From NCBI RefSeq assembly GCF_006345805.1, contig NC_043009.1, positions 57,474,001 through 57,538,000 of the forward strand: a stretch of DNA of 64,000 nucleotides, read 5' to 3'. The DNA comes from Octopus sinensis (Eukaryota). This document shows, piece by piece, positions 37,950-50,610 of the stretch. The translations under genes were made by a program, and so were the position numbers. The notes under the pieces are model-generated. The model was not told the origin of the DNA, made no database searches, and worked only from the letters and a program-made list of their open reading frames with translations. Position 1 is the stretch's first letter, and each line of letters begins with the position of its first letter.

Positions 37950-38765
37950 GAAAGACTCGGATAGTTCTTAAATACCGGTTATTCTTTACTTGAAAGCAGG
38001 CAACAAGAAATCACCAAAGGGTTCAAGGAGTGCTTTCTCCTGTGACTCTGAGAGATAATCCTCTCCTCAGAATGCGTGCTGTACCCGACAATGCTGTCTT
38101 CTGGATCACCTCGAGCCTGACGGGAACTCCAATATTCTTAATATGTTTTTCAAAGCCCTTGGAAACTGCTCCTAATGCTCCAGTTACAACGGGTATCACC
38201 ATTACTTTCCTCATGCCCCATAACCTTCTTATCTTGTCCTCCAGTGGCTGGTATTTCTCAATCTTTTCTGTTTCCTTACATTTCACCCTCAAATCGCCTG
38301 ATATTGCAACATCTATTACCTTTACTTCTTTCCCCTCTTTATGGATGATCCCGTTATCTGGTCGTCTCGCCTCTATGACTTGGTCGCACTGCATGTTAAA
38401 ATCCCAGAGTATTTTGTAAGGTTCGTTTTCCATTACTCCGTCTGGCTTGTGTTCATACCATTGTTCAGCTCTCTCGAGGTTTGCGTTACCACACAACAGA
38501 TAATGGACATATCTGGCCACATTGTCGTGTCTCCTTTTTTTATTAGTGCTGTTCGAGTTTACATTACTCACTAACAATATGGTTTATACTTTCTCCCTTC
38601 TCAGAGCACATCCAACACCATGGCGAGTCAGTGCTTTTATCAATGTGATATTTGGAGTAGTTTGTTCTGAGAGCTTGTTCTTGAGCACTGCACTCTGGGT
38701 GCTTTTATGTCTCCTTTCTGCAGCAATTGCCGGGTTTTTTCCAACCAATCTCACCTTTATTCTTC
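37950..38765 (-). mobile_element. R4/Dong-clade LINE 3' fragment (second family)
   Basis: RRHDNVARYVH...ILWDFNMQCDQVIEARRPD...VIDVAI..EKIEKY..PVVTGALG; 3' end abuts (TAA)n. Confidence 0.88.
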
Positions 38766-38874
38766 AAGAACTGACTGTGCGTATAACACCATCATCAACA
38801 AGAAGAAAAATAACAGCAACAGCAACAACAACAATAACAACAGCAACAACAACAGGAACAACAATTATTATTTT

Positions 38875-40027
38875 ATACGAAAAGTCACAGCTTATTTTGC
38901 TGGGTATGATGGAAAGTGCCACTTGTTTACTGGTCATGCTTCAAGAACCCTGCGAGGAATTCTTGCAGTTCCAAGCAATGCTGATTTTTGTAGGTGTTCT
39001 ACCTTCACACTTGCACCCTTTTTACACTTGCAAACTTTTCCAGCCGTGCTGGTAGTCGAGTTCTGATCTTCCAAGTACACCAAATGCTATTGGTAAGACG
39101 TCTACTCTCTTCATTGACCACAGCCTTCGTATTTGCCATTTCAACTCGTCATTGTTTTTTCTTCTTCTTTCACATCGATTCTGTTGTCACCGAGGCATAC
39201 TATTTCAATTCATCATAACAATGTCTGGTTTCCGATGTGTGGTCGGGTGGTCGTACTGGATCATTGCATCTCACAGGATTTTGTAATTCTCATTTTCGGC
39301 GACTCCTCCTGGAGTTTCCTCATACCACATCATTGCTCTCTGTCGGCCGTGATTTCCACAGAGCTCCCAATTGATCATTCTTGCCGCATAGTCATGGCGT
39401 CTTTTGTATTCGCGTTGTGCCAGATTCGGGCATTCATTAACGATGTGCTATACCATTTCACTCCTCTCACCATACGCTCTGCATTTGTCAATATCAGTAG
39501 TGTTGTCTATTCTGCACTTCATATAGTTTGTCCTTAACGCTTGAACCTGAGCTGCGCATATGAGTGCTTCTGTCTCTGTCTTCAGGTCACTCCTCCTCAT
39601 CCATAGCCATCGGTCCTCTTTATCTGCCTTAGCGTTCACGTACCTTGCAAACTGACCGTACATTTTCCTTACATGACTTTTCTGTTTTTTTTAATTTCTT
39701 GTTTAAATTTTTCTTTAATTCCACAATTTCAGTTTTGATAAGGCCGGCCTTTGTGTTTTTCAGCAGTGGCTCCACAGCATTTTTTATAAACCACCCTAAG
39801 CTGTTTTCCTCTGCCTCGATGCAGTCTTATTCCACCCTTTCTTCCGAACAAGTACTGCCTATCGGTGTCACTTTTAGGGTGGAAGGCTCCCTGTACTGTC
39901 AACATTTTTCTGGTCTTGGTATCCATTTTCTTCACTTCTCTCTTTTGCCATTTTAGAATTCCCGCTCCATACCGAAGTGATGCTGTCGCCCACGTATTAA
40001 CTGCTTGGATTTTATTCCATCCAGTCA
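38875..40027 (-). mobile_element. R4/Dong-clade LINE fragment (third copy, decayed)
   Basis: NKIQAVNTWA..LRYGAGILKW, FHPKSDTDR, MYGQFAR, DLKTETEALICAAQVQALRTNY; 5' end abuts (TAA)n at 40028-40089. Confidence 0.88.
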
Positions 40028-40089
<62 letters not shown>

Positions 40090-40201
40090 CAACATTTTCC
40101 CGCCGAGGTCGACTTTATCTGTCATTGTTCGAGGTCGATAAAAAAAGCACCATTCAAGTACTGGAGTCATTGTAATCGACTAATCTCCACCCCTTAAATT
40201 T

Positions 40202-40233
<32 letters not shown>

Positions 40234-40378
40234 AAGAGAAAGTGGGAGGGGGAAAGAGAGAGAGAAAGTGGGAGAGGGAAAGAGAGAGAGAGAAAGTGGG
40301 AGGGGGAAAGAGAGAGAGAGTGGGAGAGTGAAAGAGATGCGTGTGTGTGTGTGTGCACCCGTGTATGGATGTGAGTGG

Positions 40379-40467
<89 letters not shown>

Positions 40468-41132
40468 CAATCTAAGCATAGTGTCTTTTTTCTTCGTGTA
40501 AGTGTGTGTCGGTGGGTGCCAGTGTATACACGGCCATTCAAGCCCAATCGCTCTCTTTATTTTGCGGGATGGTGCGGATCATATATCTGTTACGAATCTG
40601 CGTCTTTCATTTTAATAACGCAAGTGAATTAGGAATAAGGACTAAGGAATTTATCTAGCAGCATACAATACATCCCACGTGCATATGCTAAGCATATAAA
40701 TACATATGCACAGTCACAGACACACATACACACACACACACACTCATACATACCCATATATATATATGTACGCACACATATATATAGACGCGAAAAACAT
40801 GTTTACTACACCAATGTAAGTATACTAGCAGACCGGTGTATATTTACTAACCTATATCTATTAACCTATATTTACTAACCTATGTTTGCTAACCTAAAGA
40901 ATTGTAATTTCCATATATTTTCGCTTTTGCTTTCTGTTCGGTGGATGGTGGTTTTAAGGGTGGTATTTGATTTACACCGTGTTTACAGAACAATTTGATG
41001 GCAAGATGGTTAAGCATGTCGTATGTAGCAGCATTATACAGATAGCTTTCTTCTGTAATCTTTTACTCGTTTAAGTCATTGGACAGCAGCCATGCTAGTG
41101 CACTCCTTTTCAAGGGTTTAAAAAAAATAAAT

Positions 41133-41370
41133 GCGCCCTTTTAAAGCCTAGCCATGCTCATGGGCCTGGTTTCTCGGTTTCAATGGCATATGTATTCCCC
41201 AGCTGGACGGGACGCCAGTCCATCGCAGCGTTACTCATTTTTGCCGGCTGGAGCAACGTGAAATGAAGTGTTTTGCTCAAGAACACAACGCGTCGCCTGG
41301 CCCAGGAATCGAAACCACAATCTTACGATCATAATGCTGACACCCTAACCACTAAGCCACGCGCTTCCAC
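41133..41370 (-). mobile_element. tRNA-derived SINE family C
   Basis: Head GAAGCGCGTGGCTTAGTGGTTAGGG..GGTTTCGATTCC; TTGAGCAAAACACTT body; flanked by the direct repeat CCTTTT(T)CAAGGGTTTAA. Confidence 0.85.
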
Positions 41371-41470
41371 CTTTTCAAGGGTTTAATGCGAACAAATTGA
41401 TCCCTGTTTGATAATTATTCTGTCGGTCTCTGTTGCCCAACAGTAAGCTAATAGAATGTAAACATATGTA

Positions 41471-41686
41471 CGAAGGGGTGCTGAAAAGGTCCTGACTTTA
41501 AGGTTGTTGTGAAAGGCCTGGTTGGAGCCCCAAACTTCCGAGTTCTTTTACAGGACTTAGAAAAACTGAAGGACCGTTGCAATAAGTGTGTGAATCTGCG
41601 AGGAGAATATGTTGAATAAAATCATGATTAAATGATCCTCCTGTATTTTCTTTTACCTAAAGCCAGGAACTTTTCACACACTCTTG
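41471..41686 (+). mobile_element. Mariner-derived MITE, copy 2
   Basis: Homologous to 6821-7026. Confidence 0.85.
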
Positions 41687-41912
41687 TGCATATACATACA
41701 TACATACATACATACATACATACATACATACATAGAAATACACACACACACACACGTATATATACATAAACATTTTGAGTTTATCTCTACAGATTCTCTA
41801 TAGAATTTAGAGCCAGCACTGAGAGCTACGGCGTTTCTTATACGAATACATCTATGTAAATAGTGCGGCGTATTAAGTTACAGGGGCATAAACAAACCAA
41901 CACGGGTTGTCA

Positions 41913-42142
41913 AGGCGGCGAGCTGGCAGAAACGTTAGCACGCCGGGCGAAATGCTTAGCGGTATTTCGCCTGCCGTTACGTTCTGAGTTCAAATTCCAT
42001 CGAGGTCAGCTTTACCTTTCATCCTTTCGGGGTCGATAAATTAAGTACCAGTTACGCACTGGGGTCGATGTAATCGACTTAATACCTATGTCTGTCCTTG
42101 TTTGTCCCCTCTATGTTTAGCCCCTTGTGGGTAATAAAGAAA
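41913..42142 (+). mobile_element. SINE family A, full length
   Basis: GGCGGCGAGCTGGCAGAAACGTTAGC...GAGTTCAAATTCC...AATAAAGAAATA. Confidence 0.92.
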
Positions 42143-42247
42143 TAGGTGGTGGTGATGGTGGGGGACTAACACAACACAAAGACAAACACATACACACATA
42201 CATACACACATGCATACATACATATATACATACATACACACACACAC

Positions 42248-42298
<51 letters not shown>

Positions 42299-42379
42299 TT
42301 ATAATATTCGTTGAAAGCAACGGAAGCAGTATTAGTATCAAAGAGTAATCCGTACATCTTTTTAGAAAAACACAATACT

Positions 42380-42812
42380 GCAGTATTCTTCTGGAAAATG
42401 CATCTCGTATAGACAAATATGGCTAAAAAGCACAGAAGAATATCAGACGAAAATTGTGTAACTAAAGAAAAATTTAAAAAATTTAAACGAGAAATGAACC
42501 AAAAAAAGAAGAAAAACATAGGAGGAAAAGAAAATGTGCGGTCAGTTTGCAAGAGATGTGAACGCCAAGACAGATAGACAGATACAGAAGACCGATGGCT
42601 ATGGATGAGGAGGAGTGACCTGAAGATAGAGACAAGCACTCGTGTGCGCAGCTCAGGAACAAGCATCAAGGACCAACTATATGAAGAGCAGAATAAACAA
42701 CAGTACCGATAGCGACAAATGCAGAATGTGTGGTGAGAGGGGTAAAACGGTATGGCACATCGTTAGCGAATGCCCCAAATTGGCACAGCGCGAATGCAAA
42801 AGACGCCATGAT
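42380..42812 (+). mobile_element. R4/Dong LINE internal fragment
   Basis: CAAQEQASRTNYMK...CRMCGERGKTVWHIVSECPKLAQRECKRRHD; same family as 38875-40027. Confidence 0.85.
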
Positions 42813-43090
42813 TTCTTCGCATTTGTGCATCATCAGTAGCAGCTGTCTACTATCAACACAGGCTTCGACAAATTTCTTCTCAACTGATGTACACGAAGAG
42901 TTTTATTCTATCATCCTCACTCCCACGGTATTGGTCGGCAGGGGCTCTAGTGGAAGATTCTTGCTAAAGGTGCTGCGCAATGGGTGTTTTAATACCGTTT
43001 AGTGTGTTGGAGAAATTCTAAATTTCTATCGTCTTAAAATTTTTTTAATGCTATTGACCTAGTTTTCTACAGTTTAGTAATATCAATAGC

Positions 43091-43385
43091 GAAGGCGCAT
43101 GGTTCAGTGGTTTGAGTATCGGGCTCAATCATGAGGTAGTGAGTTCGAATCCCGGGCTGGACTGTGTGTTGTGTTTTTGAACATGACACTTTATTCTTCG
43201 CTGCTCCAGTTCACTGGTGCCAAGCTGTATCGGCCTTTGCCTTTCCTTTGGACGACATCGGTGGAGTGAGAAGGGGAGGCAGGTATGCGTGGGCAACTGC
43301 TGGTCTTCTATAAACAACCTTGCCAGGACTTGTGTTCTGGAGGGAAACTTTCTAGGTGCAATCCCATGACTGAAGAGGGCCACTT
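43091..43385 (+). mobile_element. SINE family C
   Basis: GAAGGCGCATGGTTCAGTGG..GAGTTCGAATCCC head; matches 47591-47923. Confidence 0.85.
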
Positions 43386-43737
43386 TTTTACTATCAATAC
43401 ACTATACAGGCAATGAAAACGAGAGTTTTAATAAAGGGGGTTTTAATAAACTTCGTCTTAATGTAGTTCTTAAAAATAAATAAAAGAGTATTGACGCTTC
43501 AGATGCTCGTCATTCATCAGATGAAAAATTTTGGAGAAATGTAAAGGAAGAGAATGAATGAGAAAAGTGGCTGGCGAGAAAAAATATGAGTGGGTTTCGG
43601 ACACCTGATGACGTTTGCAAATAAAACCGAGCGAAAGATAATGTAAATATAAATAGTAAAACATTTAATGATGATATTAACGGTCTGAAAAAGTATACAT
43701 AATCTTATAAACAATAACCCATCTCAGATATTTTGAA

Positions 43738-43887
43738 TCACTGCTTGGAATCGAACCCGGAATCTTGGGGTTAGTATCCCGCGCTCTTAACCACATAGCC
43801 CACGGGCATATGGTGTAGTGGTTAAGAGCGTGGGCTACTAACCCCAAGATTCCGAGTTCGATTCCAAGCAGTGACCTGAACAATAGC

Positions 43888-43926
<39 letters not shown>

Positions 43927-44098
43927 GAAAAAAAAATACCTTCGGAATGAGAACCCAGGTTCGAATTTCCCCAAGACACCTGAAGAAAGCTGGAGGGTAT
44001 ATCAGCCGAAACGTTGTGTTAACAACAAACAAGATGAAGACAAATATCCGTCGAATATAAATAATGTACATAATTCCTCATCTCTTAAGTATAGAACC
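43738..44098 (+). mobile_element. SINE family D with an inverted 5' head duplication and a 3' hammerhead
   Basis: 43738-43800 is the reverse complement of the tRNA-like head at 43804-43875; (AAT)n spacer; 3' part shared with 18288-18548. Confidence 0.8.
43976..44019 (+). ncRNA. Minimal hammerhead ribozyme motif
   Basis: ACAC CTGAAGA A (A)GCTG-loop-CAGC(C) GAAAC GTT GTGT; loopless palindromic stem III AACGTT; one extra A after the core. Confidence 0.65.
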
Positions 44099-44183
44099 GT
44101 ACGGGTGGTTATTTTACCAATTGGTTTTGTCAATATGGTGAATACCTTTGAGCATCTGGCAATACTGGAGATGTCTAGGATTA

Positions 44184-44246
<63 letters not shown>

Positions 44247-44249
44247 CCT

Positions 44250-44862
44250 GACTTCTATAGGCACAAGGCCTGAAATTTGGGGCGGGGAGGAGGATAGTCG
44301 ATTAGATCGACCCCAGTACGCAAGTGGGACTTAACTTATCGACCCCGAAAGGATGAAAAGCAAAGTCGACCTCGGCGGAATTTGAACTCAGAACATAAAG
44401 ACAGGCAAAATACCGTTAAGCATTTCACCCGGCAGGCTAACGTTTCTTATTTCTTTATTGCCCACAAGGGGCTGCACACAGAGGGGACAAACAAGGACAG
44501 ACAAACAGATTAAGTCGATAATATCAACCGCAGTGCGTAACTGGTACTTATTTAATCGTCCCCGAAAGGATGAAAGGCAAAGTCGACCTCGCGGAATTTG
44601 AACTCAGAACGTAGCGGCAGACAAAATACCTATTTCTTTACTACCCACAAGGGGCTAAACACAGAGAGGACAAACAAGGACAGACAAAGGGATTAAGTCG
44701 ATTACATCGACTCCAGTGCGTAACTGGTACTTATTTAATCGACTCCGAAAGGATGAAAGGCAAAGTCGACCTCGGCGGAATTTGAACTCAGAACGTAGCG
44801 GTCGACGAAATACCGCTAAGCATTTCGCCCGGCGTGCTAACGTTTCTGCCAGCTCGCCGCCT
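44250..44862 (-). mobile_element. Three head-to-tail SINE family A copies
   Basis: GAAAGGATGAAA.GCAAAGTCGACCTC recurs at ~44346, ~44564 and ~44747. Confidence 0.9.
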
Positions 44863-45449
44863 TGTATCAGACCCATATCAGGTCGCTGCTGTGTATAAAC
44901 TTTTATATTACCGACCCAAGAAGAAATTTAACTCAAAGCCATATGCAGTGAAATCCGAACTCAGAAGAGAGGAGAGCTCAAGGCATCCACAAATTTTGGC
45001 TGTTACTCTACCAGTTCCACCACTTAACATTTATTCAAATAGACCCCATATCTTTGATTTAAAATTCAAATATGTAATCTTTTTTTACTATTCTTTCTCT
45101 GTTTCATTCATTCTTTCCTTTTTTATTCTTTCTTCCTCGTTATTATTTCTGTTTATTCTTCTTTTATTTTCCTCTTCAATCCAGACCTCGTTTATGACAC
45201 TAAATGACGATGTTTTAAGTTTAAAGTCAAACTTGTGTCCTTTATAAACAACACGTTCACTCCATCTTTCGACCGGTTGTTTTTTCTGTTTCCCACCAAT
45301 TGAAAGTTCAGAAAAAAAACTCATCAATATAGATGGCGTTGCCCCAACATGGCCTCAAATAACTGGTTAGAACCAGTCAAAGATTCTTTTCTTTTTTTTT
45401 AATTCTTTTCTTTTTTACTTTCCTTTTTTTTTTGTTCTTCCTATACGTT

Positions 45450-45742
45450 TGTTTAGCATGCCGGACAAACTGTTTGTCAGCCTTCCTTCCGGCTTTACGT
45501 TCTGAGTTCAAATTCCGCCTAAGCCGACTTTGACTTTCATCTTTTCGGGGTTGAGTACTGGGACCTGTGTAATCAACTAGTTTAGCGGCATTTTGATCGT
45601 CTTTACGGTTTGTGTTCAAATTCCGCCGAAGTCGACTTTGTCTTTCGGAGTCGATAAAATTAGTAATAGCTGAGCATTGGGGTCGATGTAATCGACTTAG
45701 CCCTCCCCTGAAATTGCTGGCCCCGTGCCAAAATTTGAAAGC

Positions 45743-45807
<65 letters not shown>

Positions 45808-45886
45808 CATCATCATCATCATCTAAGGCAGCGAGCTGGCAGAATCATTGGCATGCTAGGCGAAATGCTAAGCGGTATTTCGTCTG
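45450..45886 (+). mobile_element. SINE family A fragments with an (ATT)n tract
   Basis: Repeated TTCAAATTCCGCC..GACTTTG; isolated head at 45826-45886. Confidence 0.75.
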
Positions 45887-46127
45887 ATGTGTGTTGATAT
45901 GTAGTATGCGTCTGTGTGTATTTGTGCTTGCGCACACCATCTGTACGTGTGTGTGCGTATGTGTTTGTGTTTCATATATGAGTATAGATTAGAACCTTCC
46001 ATGATTGATATAGAAATAAAACATATAGGGTTTTAAATGAAGATATACTTAGATCTGTGTTGTTGTAGCTCTATATTATTTTAGCTCTCTCTCTCTCTCT
46101 TTGTATATATATATATATATATATATA

Positions 46128-47284
46128 CAGGAGTTGGACAAAATAATGGAAACACCTAGCATCATAGCATCATAATTTTGATTAATATTAGTGTTGCTTG
46201 ATGTGTTGTGCTAAAATTGCTGTTTCTTTTCGTATATCATCAGCATAAAGTAATTAAAATTCATTAAGATGACAGTTCTATCGGACTTTCAAAGAGGTCA
46301 AATAGTTGGTGCTCGTATGGCAGGCGCTAGCGTTACGAAAACAGCCGAAATGGTTGGTGCGTCAAGAAGTACTGCCTCGAAAGTAATGACAGCCTTTGAG
46401 AAAGGGAAAAAACCTCCTCGTCGAAACAAAACTCCGGAAGAAAATCAAAACTTTCAGATAGAGACCATCGGACTCTTATGAGAATTGTTAGAAAGGATCA
46501 CAAAAGTACAGCTCCCAAAATTACTGCAGAGCTTAATGACCACCTTGAGAACCCAGTTTCCAGAAAAAAATGTTCACGGGGAGCTGCACAAAACCGGATT
46601 TCACGGGAGGGCTGCAATTAGAAAACCACTACTTTCAAAAACAAATGTTGCAAAGCGTTTAGAGTGGAGTAAAAACCTACAGAATTGGTCCCTAGAGCAG
46701 TGGAAGAATGTTATTTTCAAAAGAAGCATTTTACCCAGACTGCCTTCTTCCAACTGTTAAACATGGAGGAAGATCTGTGATGATCTAGTGGGCTATAGCT
46801 TGGAAATCCACCGGTCCAAGGGTTTTCCTTCATGGCAGAATTAATAGTCAAGAGTATTTAAGCAGTTTATCTGATCAAATTCATCCTATGGTTGCGGAAA
46901 TGTCTCCGGATGGAAGCGCAATCTTTCAGGATGATAATGCACCAATTCACACTGCTAAAGTTGTTACTGAATGGCATGAGGAACATTCCAGTGAAACTGA
47001 ACATCTTATCTGGTCACCGCTGTCCCCAGATCTCAATATTATTGAACATTTATGGTGCATTTAAAAAAAAAAGGAGTCGGTACCCTCCACCATCATCACT
47101 ACAAGAACTGGAAACTGTTTTAGCTGAAGAATGGACAAAAATTCCTTTGGAAATAATTCAAACTTCGTACGACTCCATACTTCATTGAATTCAAGCTGTA
47201 ATTACTGCCAAAGCGGTCCTACCCCATATTAAAATAAATTCGTTTGAAATTTTAAGGTGTTTCCATTATTTTGTCCAACCCCTG
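46128..47284 (+). mobile_element. Tc1-family DNA transposon (internally deleted)
   Basis: TA-flanked TIRs CAGGAGTTGGACAAAATAATGGAAACACCT / AGGTGTTTCCATTATTTTGTCCAACCCCTG. Confidence 0.93.
46269..47231 (+). pseudogene. Tc1 DD34E transposase pseudogene
   Basis: MTVLSDFQRGQIVG.. HTH, RKPLLS..RLEW, IFQDDNAPIH, WSPLSPDLNIIEHLW; frameshifts; first catalytic Asp region deleted. Confidence 0.9.
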
Positions 47285-47590
47285 TATATATATATCAGCA
47301 GAATTGGCATTTGATTTAGTTACATACCACATTAGGAACAATATTAATATAAGACAGTATGGCGTTATTTGTTAATAATATATTTGCTATTGCTAGCATG
47401 CAGAGCGACTGAACAGATTCTTTCCTTCGTTGGCTTGAATGAAATTTAGTTGCTATTGTGCAAGGCCAGGTGAGTTATGTTTTTTAGAAAATTACAATGA
47501 AATATGATCTAGTCGTGACAATCTCGTCATTTTTTTAATACCAGGAGCTATGTTGTTAGATATAGTTTTAAGCCGATAGTATGTGGTCGT

Positions 47591-47923
47591 GAAGGCGCAT
47601 GGCTCAGTGATTCGAGCATCGAGCTTACGATCGTGAAGTTTTGAGTTCGATTTCCGGACCGGACTGCGTGTTGTGTTCTTAAGCAAGACACTTTATTTCA
47701 CGTTGCTCCAGTTCACTCAGCTGTAGAAATAAGCCTCGACGTCACTGATGCCAAGCTGTATCAGCCTTTGCCTTTCCCTTGGGTAACATCGGTGGCGTGG
47801 AGAGGGGAGGCTGGTATGCATGGGCGACTACTTCCCTTCCACAAACAACCTTTCCTAGACTTATACCTCGATGGGTAACTTTCTAGGTGCAATCCCATGG
47901 TTATTCATGACCAAAGGGGGTCA
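47591..47923 (+). mobile_element. SINE family C
   Basis: tRNA-like head and body shared with 43091-43385. Confidence 0.85.
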
Positions 47924-48019
47924 TCCAGTAAGTGGTATGTGAGAGATCTTGCTACTATTTTTAGCAGACTAAGCGACCAGAAAGTATATTCTTCAATATA
48001 ACCTTTATTTACGATTGTA

Positions 48020-48228
48020 CGAGGGAGTATTGAAAAGTTCCTGGATGTAAGGGTGTCGCGAAAGGCCTGGTTGGAGGCCCAACCTTCCAAGTTCTTCTAC
48101 AGGGATTAGAAAAACTAAAGGACCGCTGCAATAAGTCTGTGAATCTGAGAAGGGAATATATTAAATAAAATCATAACTGATCCCCCTGCCTTTTCTTTTG
48201 CTCAAAGCCTCTTTTCAGCACCCCATCG
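48020..48228 (+). mobile_element. Mariner-derived MITE, copy 3
   Basis: Homologous to 6821-7026. Confidence 0.85.
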
Positions 48229-48774
48229 TGGGGTGTAATTTGTGAGAGGTATTGTTGCTTTTTCCAGTATGTCTAGCTACGACGTTTAGATGTCTGTTGA
48301 AAGAGGTCTTATCGATACTTTGTCTCCCTCGCTATCTACCTTAGCTTTTCTATTTCATGTATTGGTTGAACAAACACAGTTTCAGTGTGGATATTTCATC
48401 AACGAGGTTGTTACATTTAGGGCTTGGGTTATGAGCTTTAAGTTATGGAGGTTAATGGAAAGCGAAGTTGCTTTTCATTTTTTTTTTGTTACGTACATAC
48501 ATATTAAGGCATTAAGATTAAAATAAGAGACATGACTTGAGAAATACATAAAATGTCTCGTTTTTTGGAAACAAGAATTTTGGAAACACAACTTGGTAAA
48601 CATGCAAAAGAGTGCCCAAGTTTAACAAGGAGACCCATGGTTGATGGAAATGTTCGACGTTGATGGTAATAGTTCAGCGAAAAACATGTTGATATTATAT
48701 GTATTTCTCCTCCAAGTTTCTGTTCAAATCGCTAAGTTCAGCCATACTTGTGTCACATGAAACGGCTGTATACC

Positions 48775-49006
48775 TATTTCTTTACTACCCACAAGGGGCT
48801 AAACACAGAGAGGACAAACAAGGACAGACAAACGGATTAAGTCGATTACATCGACCCCAGTGCGTAACTGGTATTTAATTTATCGACCCCGAAAGGATGA
48901 AAGGCAAAGTCGACCTCGGCGGAATTTGAACTCAGAACGTAACGACAGACGAAATACCACTAAGCATTTCGCCCGGCGTGCTAACGTTTCTGCCAGCTCG
49001 CCGCCC
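48775..49006 (-). mobile_element. SINE family A, full length with TSD
   Basis: 15-bp direct repeat AAACGGCTGTATACC at 48760-48774 and 49008-49022. Confidence 0.93.
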
Positions 49007-49862
49007 TAAACGGCTGTATACCATGACTACCTACTTAAGAGTACTAATTCGTCATCTACTCGCAAAATATTTTTCGCCGCAGGTACATTTTGTAGTGTAT
49101 TTATTTTTATTATCTTTACATTACTGTAGGTTTTGTCTGAGCGATACGTCTCGGTCTTCAAAGAATGGTATGAACAGACCTTCTACATCTACTTCTCTCC
49201 CTTTCTAACCCTCATAGATTCTATGTCCCTATTGAAACAGGATATACTTGTGGTGCTTAGTATATCTCTAGACCTGATGTCTGAAGAGCGGACCTCTTCA
49301 AGCAATCAGTCTTGTATCACAAATGTTGCTGCTAACATTGCCACTGCAAAAGCATCGTAAGATACAGTCTGATTCAATGCAGACAGCTTTGACTTTCAGA
49401 CCTCCAAAAGTCAGATAAACACTGAACATATTCTTTTGTCAATCTGACTTTATGCACGATAGCAAATTTATGAAATATTTCTATTAGTTCCAGGATACTT
49501 ATAAAATTTGACATAGGATATAAAGGAGAAAGACTGGACGTTGATATCTTTGATTGGTCAACAATTTATTTTCTCGGTTATCTACTAAATGAGGGCGTTT
49601 ATCCTGACCAGACTTCTTTCCTTTGTCTAGTGAGAATGTTGTGACCAGCTCCGGCTCATAAGCTGTGAATATCTCCGGAATGCATCGGCGGAAAAAAGGT
49701 GCGGGTGACATTAATTTTCCATGTAACAAAGCATATGCATATGTATGTATATGTCTGTATACATACATATACATACATACATACATACATACATACATAC
49801 ATAAATACATACATGCGTACATACATACACACACATATGCATGTATATGTATGTATATATAT

Positions 49863-49907
<45 letters not shown>

Positions 49908-50335
49908 TATATACATATATATGATATATATACACACACCCACATACAAACACACCACATACATACACACACACATACACACACACACACACACACATAT
50001 ATACATACATATATGTATGTACATATATGTATGGAGATATGTGTGTGTGTGTGTTTGTATGTGTGTGTGTACATGCGAGTGTGGATATATTTGAGTGAGT
50101 ATGTATGCATGTAAATATGTATGGTTATGCCTGGTCGCTCATGTGTGCTACAGGTTAACATAATCTGTTACATGATCACATGCTTGTCGTTCTAAGCAGA
50201 CATTCCACCAAACTTAACACGCTTGGTGAGGCGGATGATTTGTGGACACGCTGCAGGATAAAAAAACACACGAAATAAAGGGTACATGTACTCATCAGAG
50301 TCAATGAACTCAACGTCTATCCAATAGTTTGATAG

Positions 50336-50397
<62 letters not shown>

Positions 50398-50398
50398 A

Positions 50399-50497
<99 letters not shown>

Positions 50498-50575
50498 CTA
50501 TCTATCTCTCTATCTATCTATCTATCTCTATCTATCTATCTATCTATCTGTCTGTCTGTCTTGCTCTCTATATAT

Positions 50576-50610
<35 letters not shown>
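50336..50610. repeat. (TATC)n/(TA)n microsatellite
   Basis: Directly visible. Confidence 0.95.

Noticed and set aside
43490-43650. Two opposite-strand CTGATGA motifs
   Set aside because: One has GAAG instead of GAAA and the other lacks stem III/NUH pairing; not supportable.
43804-43875. Functional tRNA genes here and at 18288, 43091, 47591, 59620
   Set aside because: A/B boxes are present, but acceptor stems are incomplete and each continues into a SINE body.
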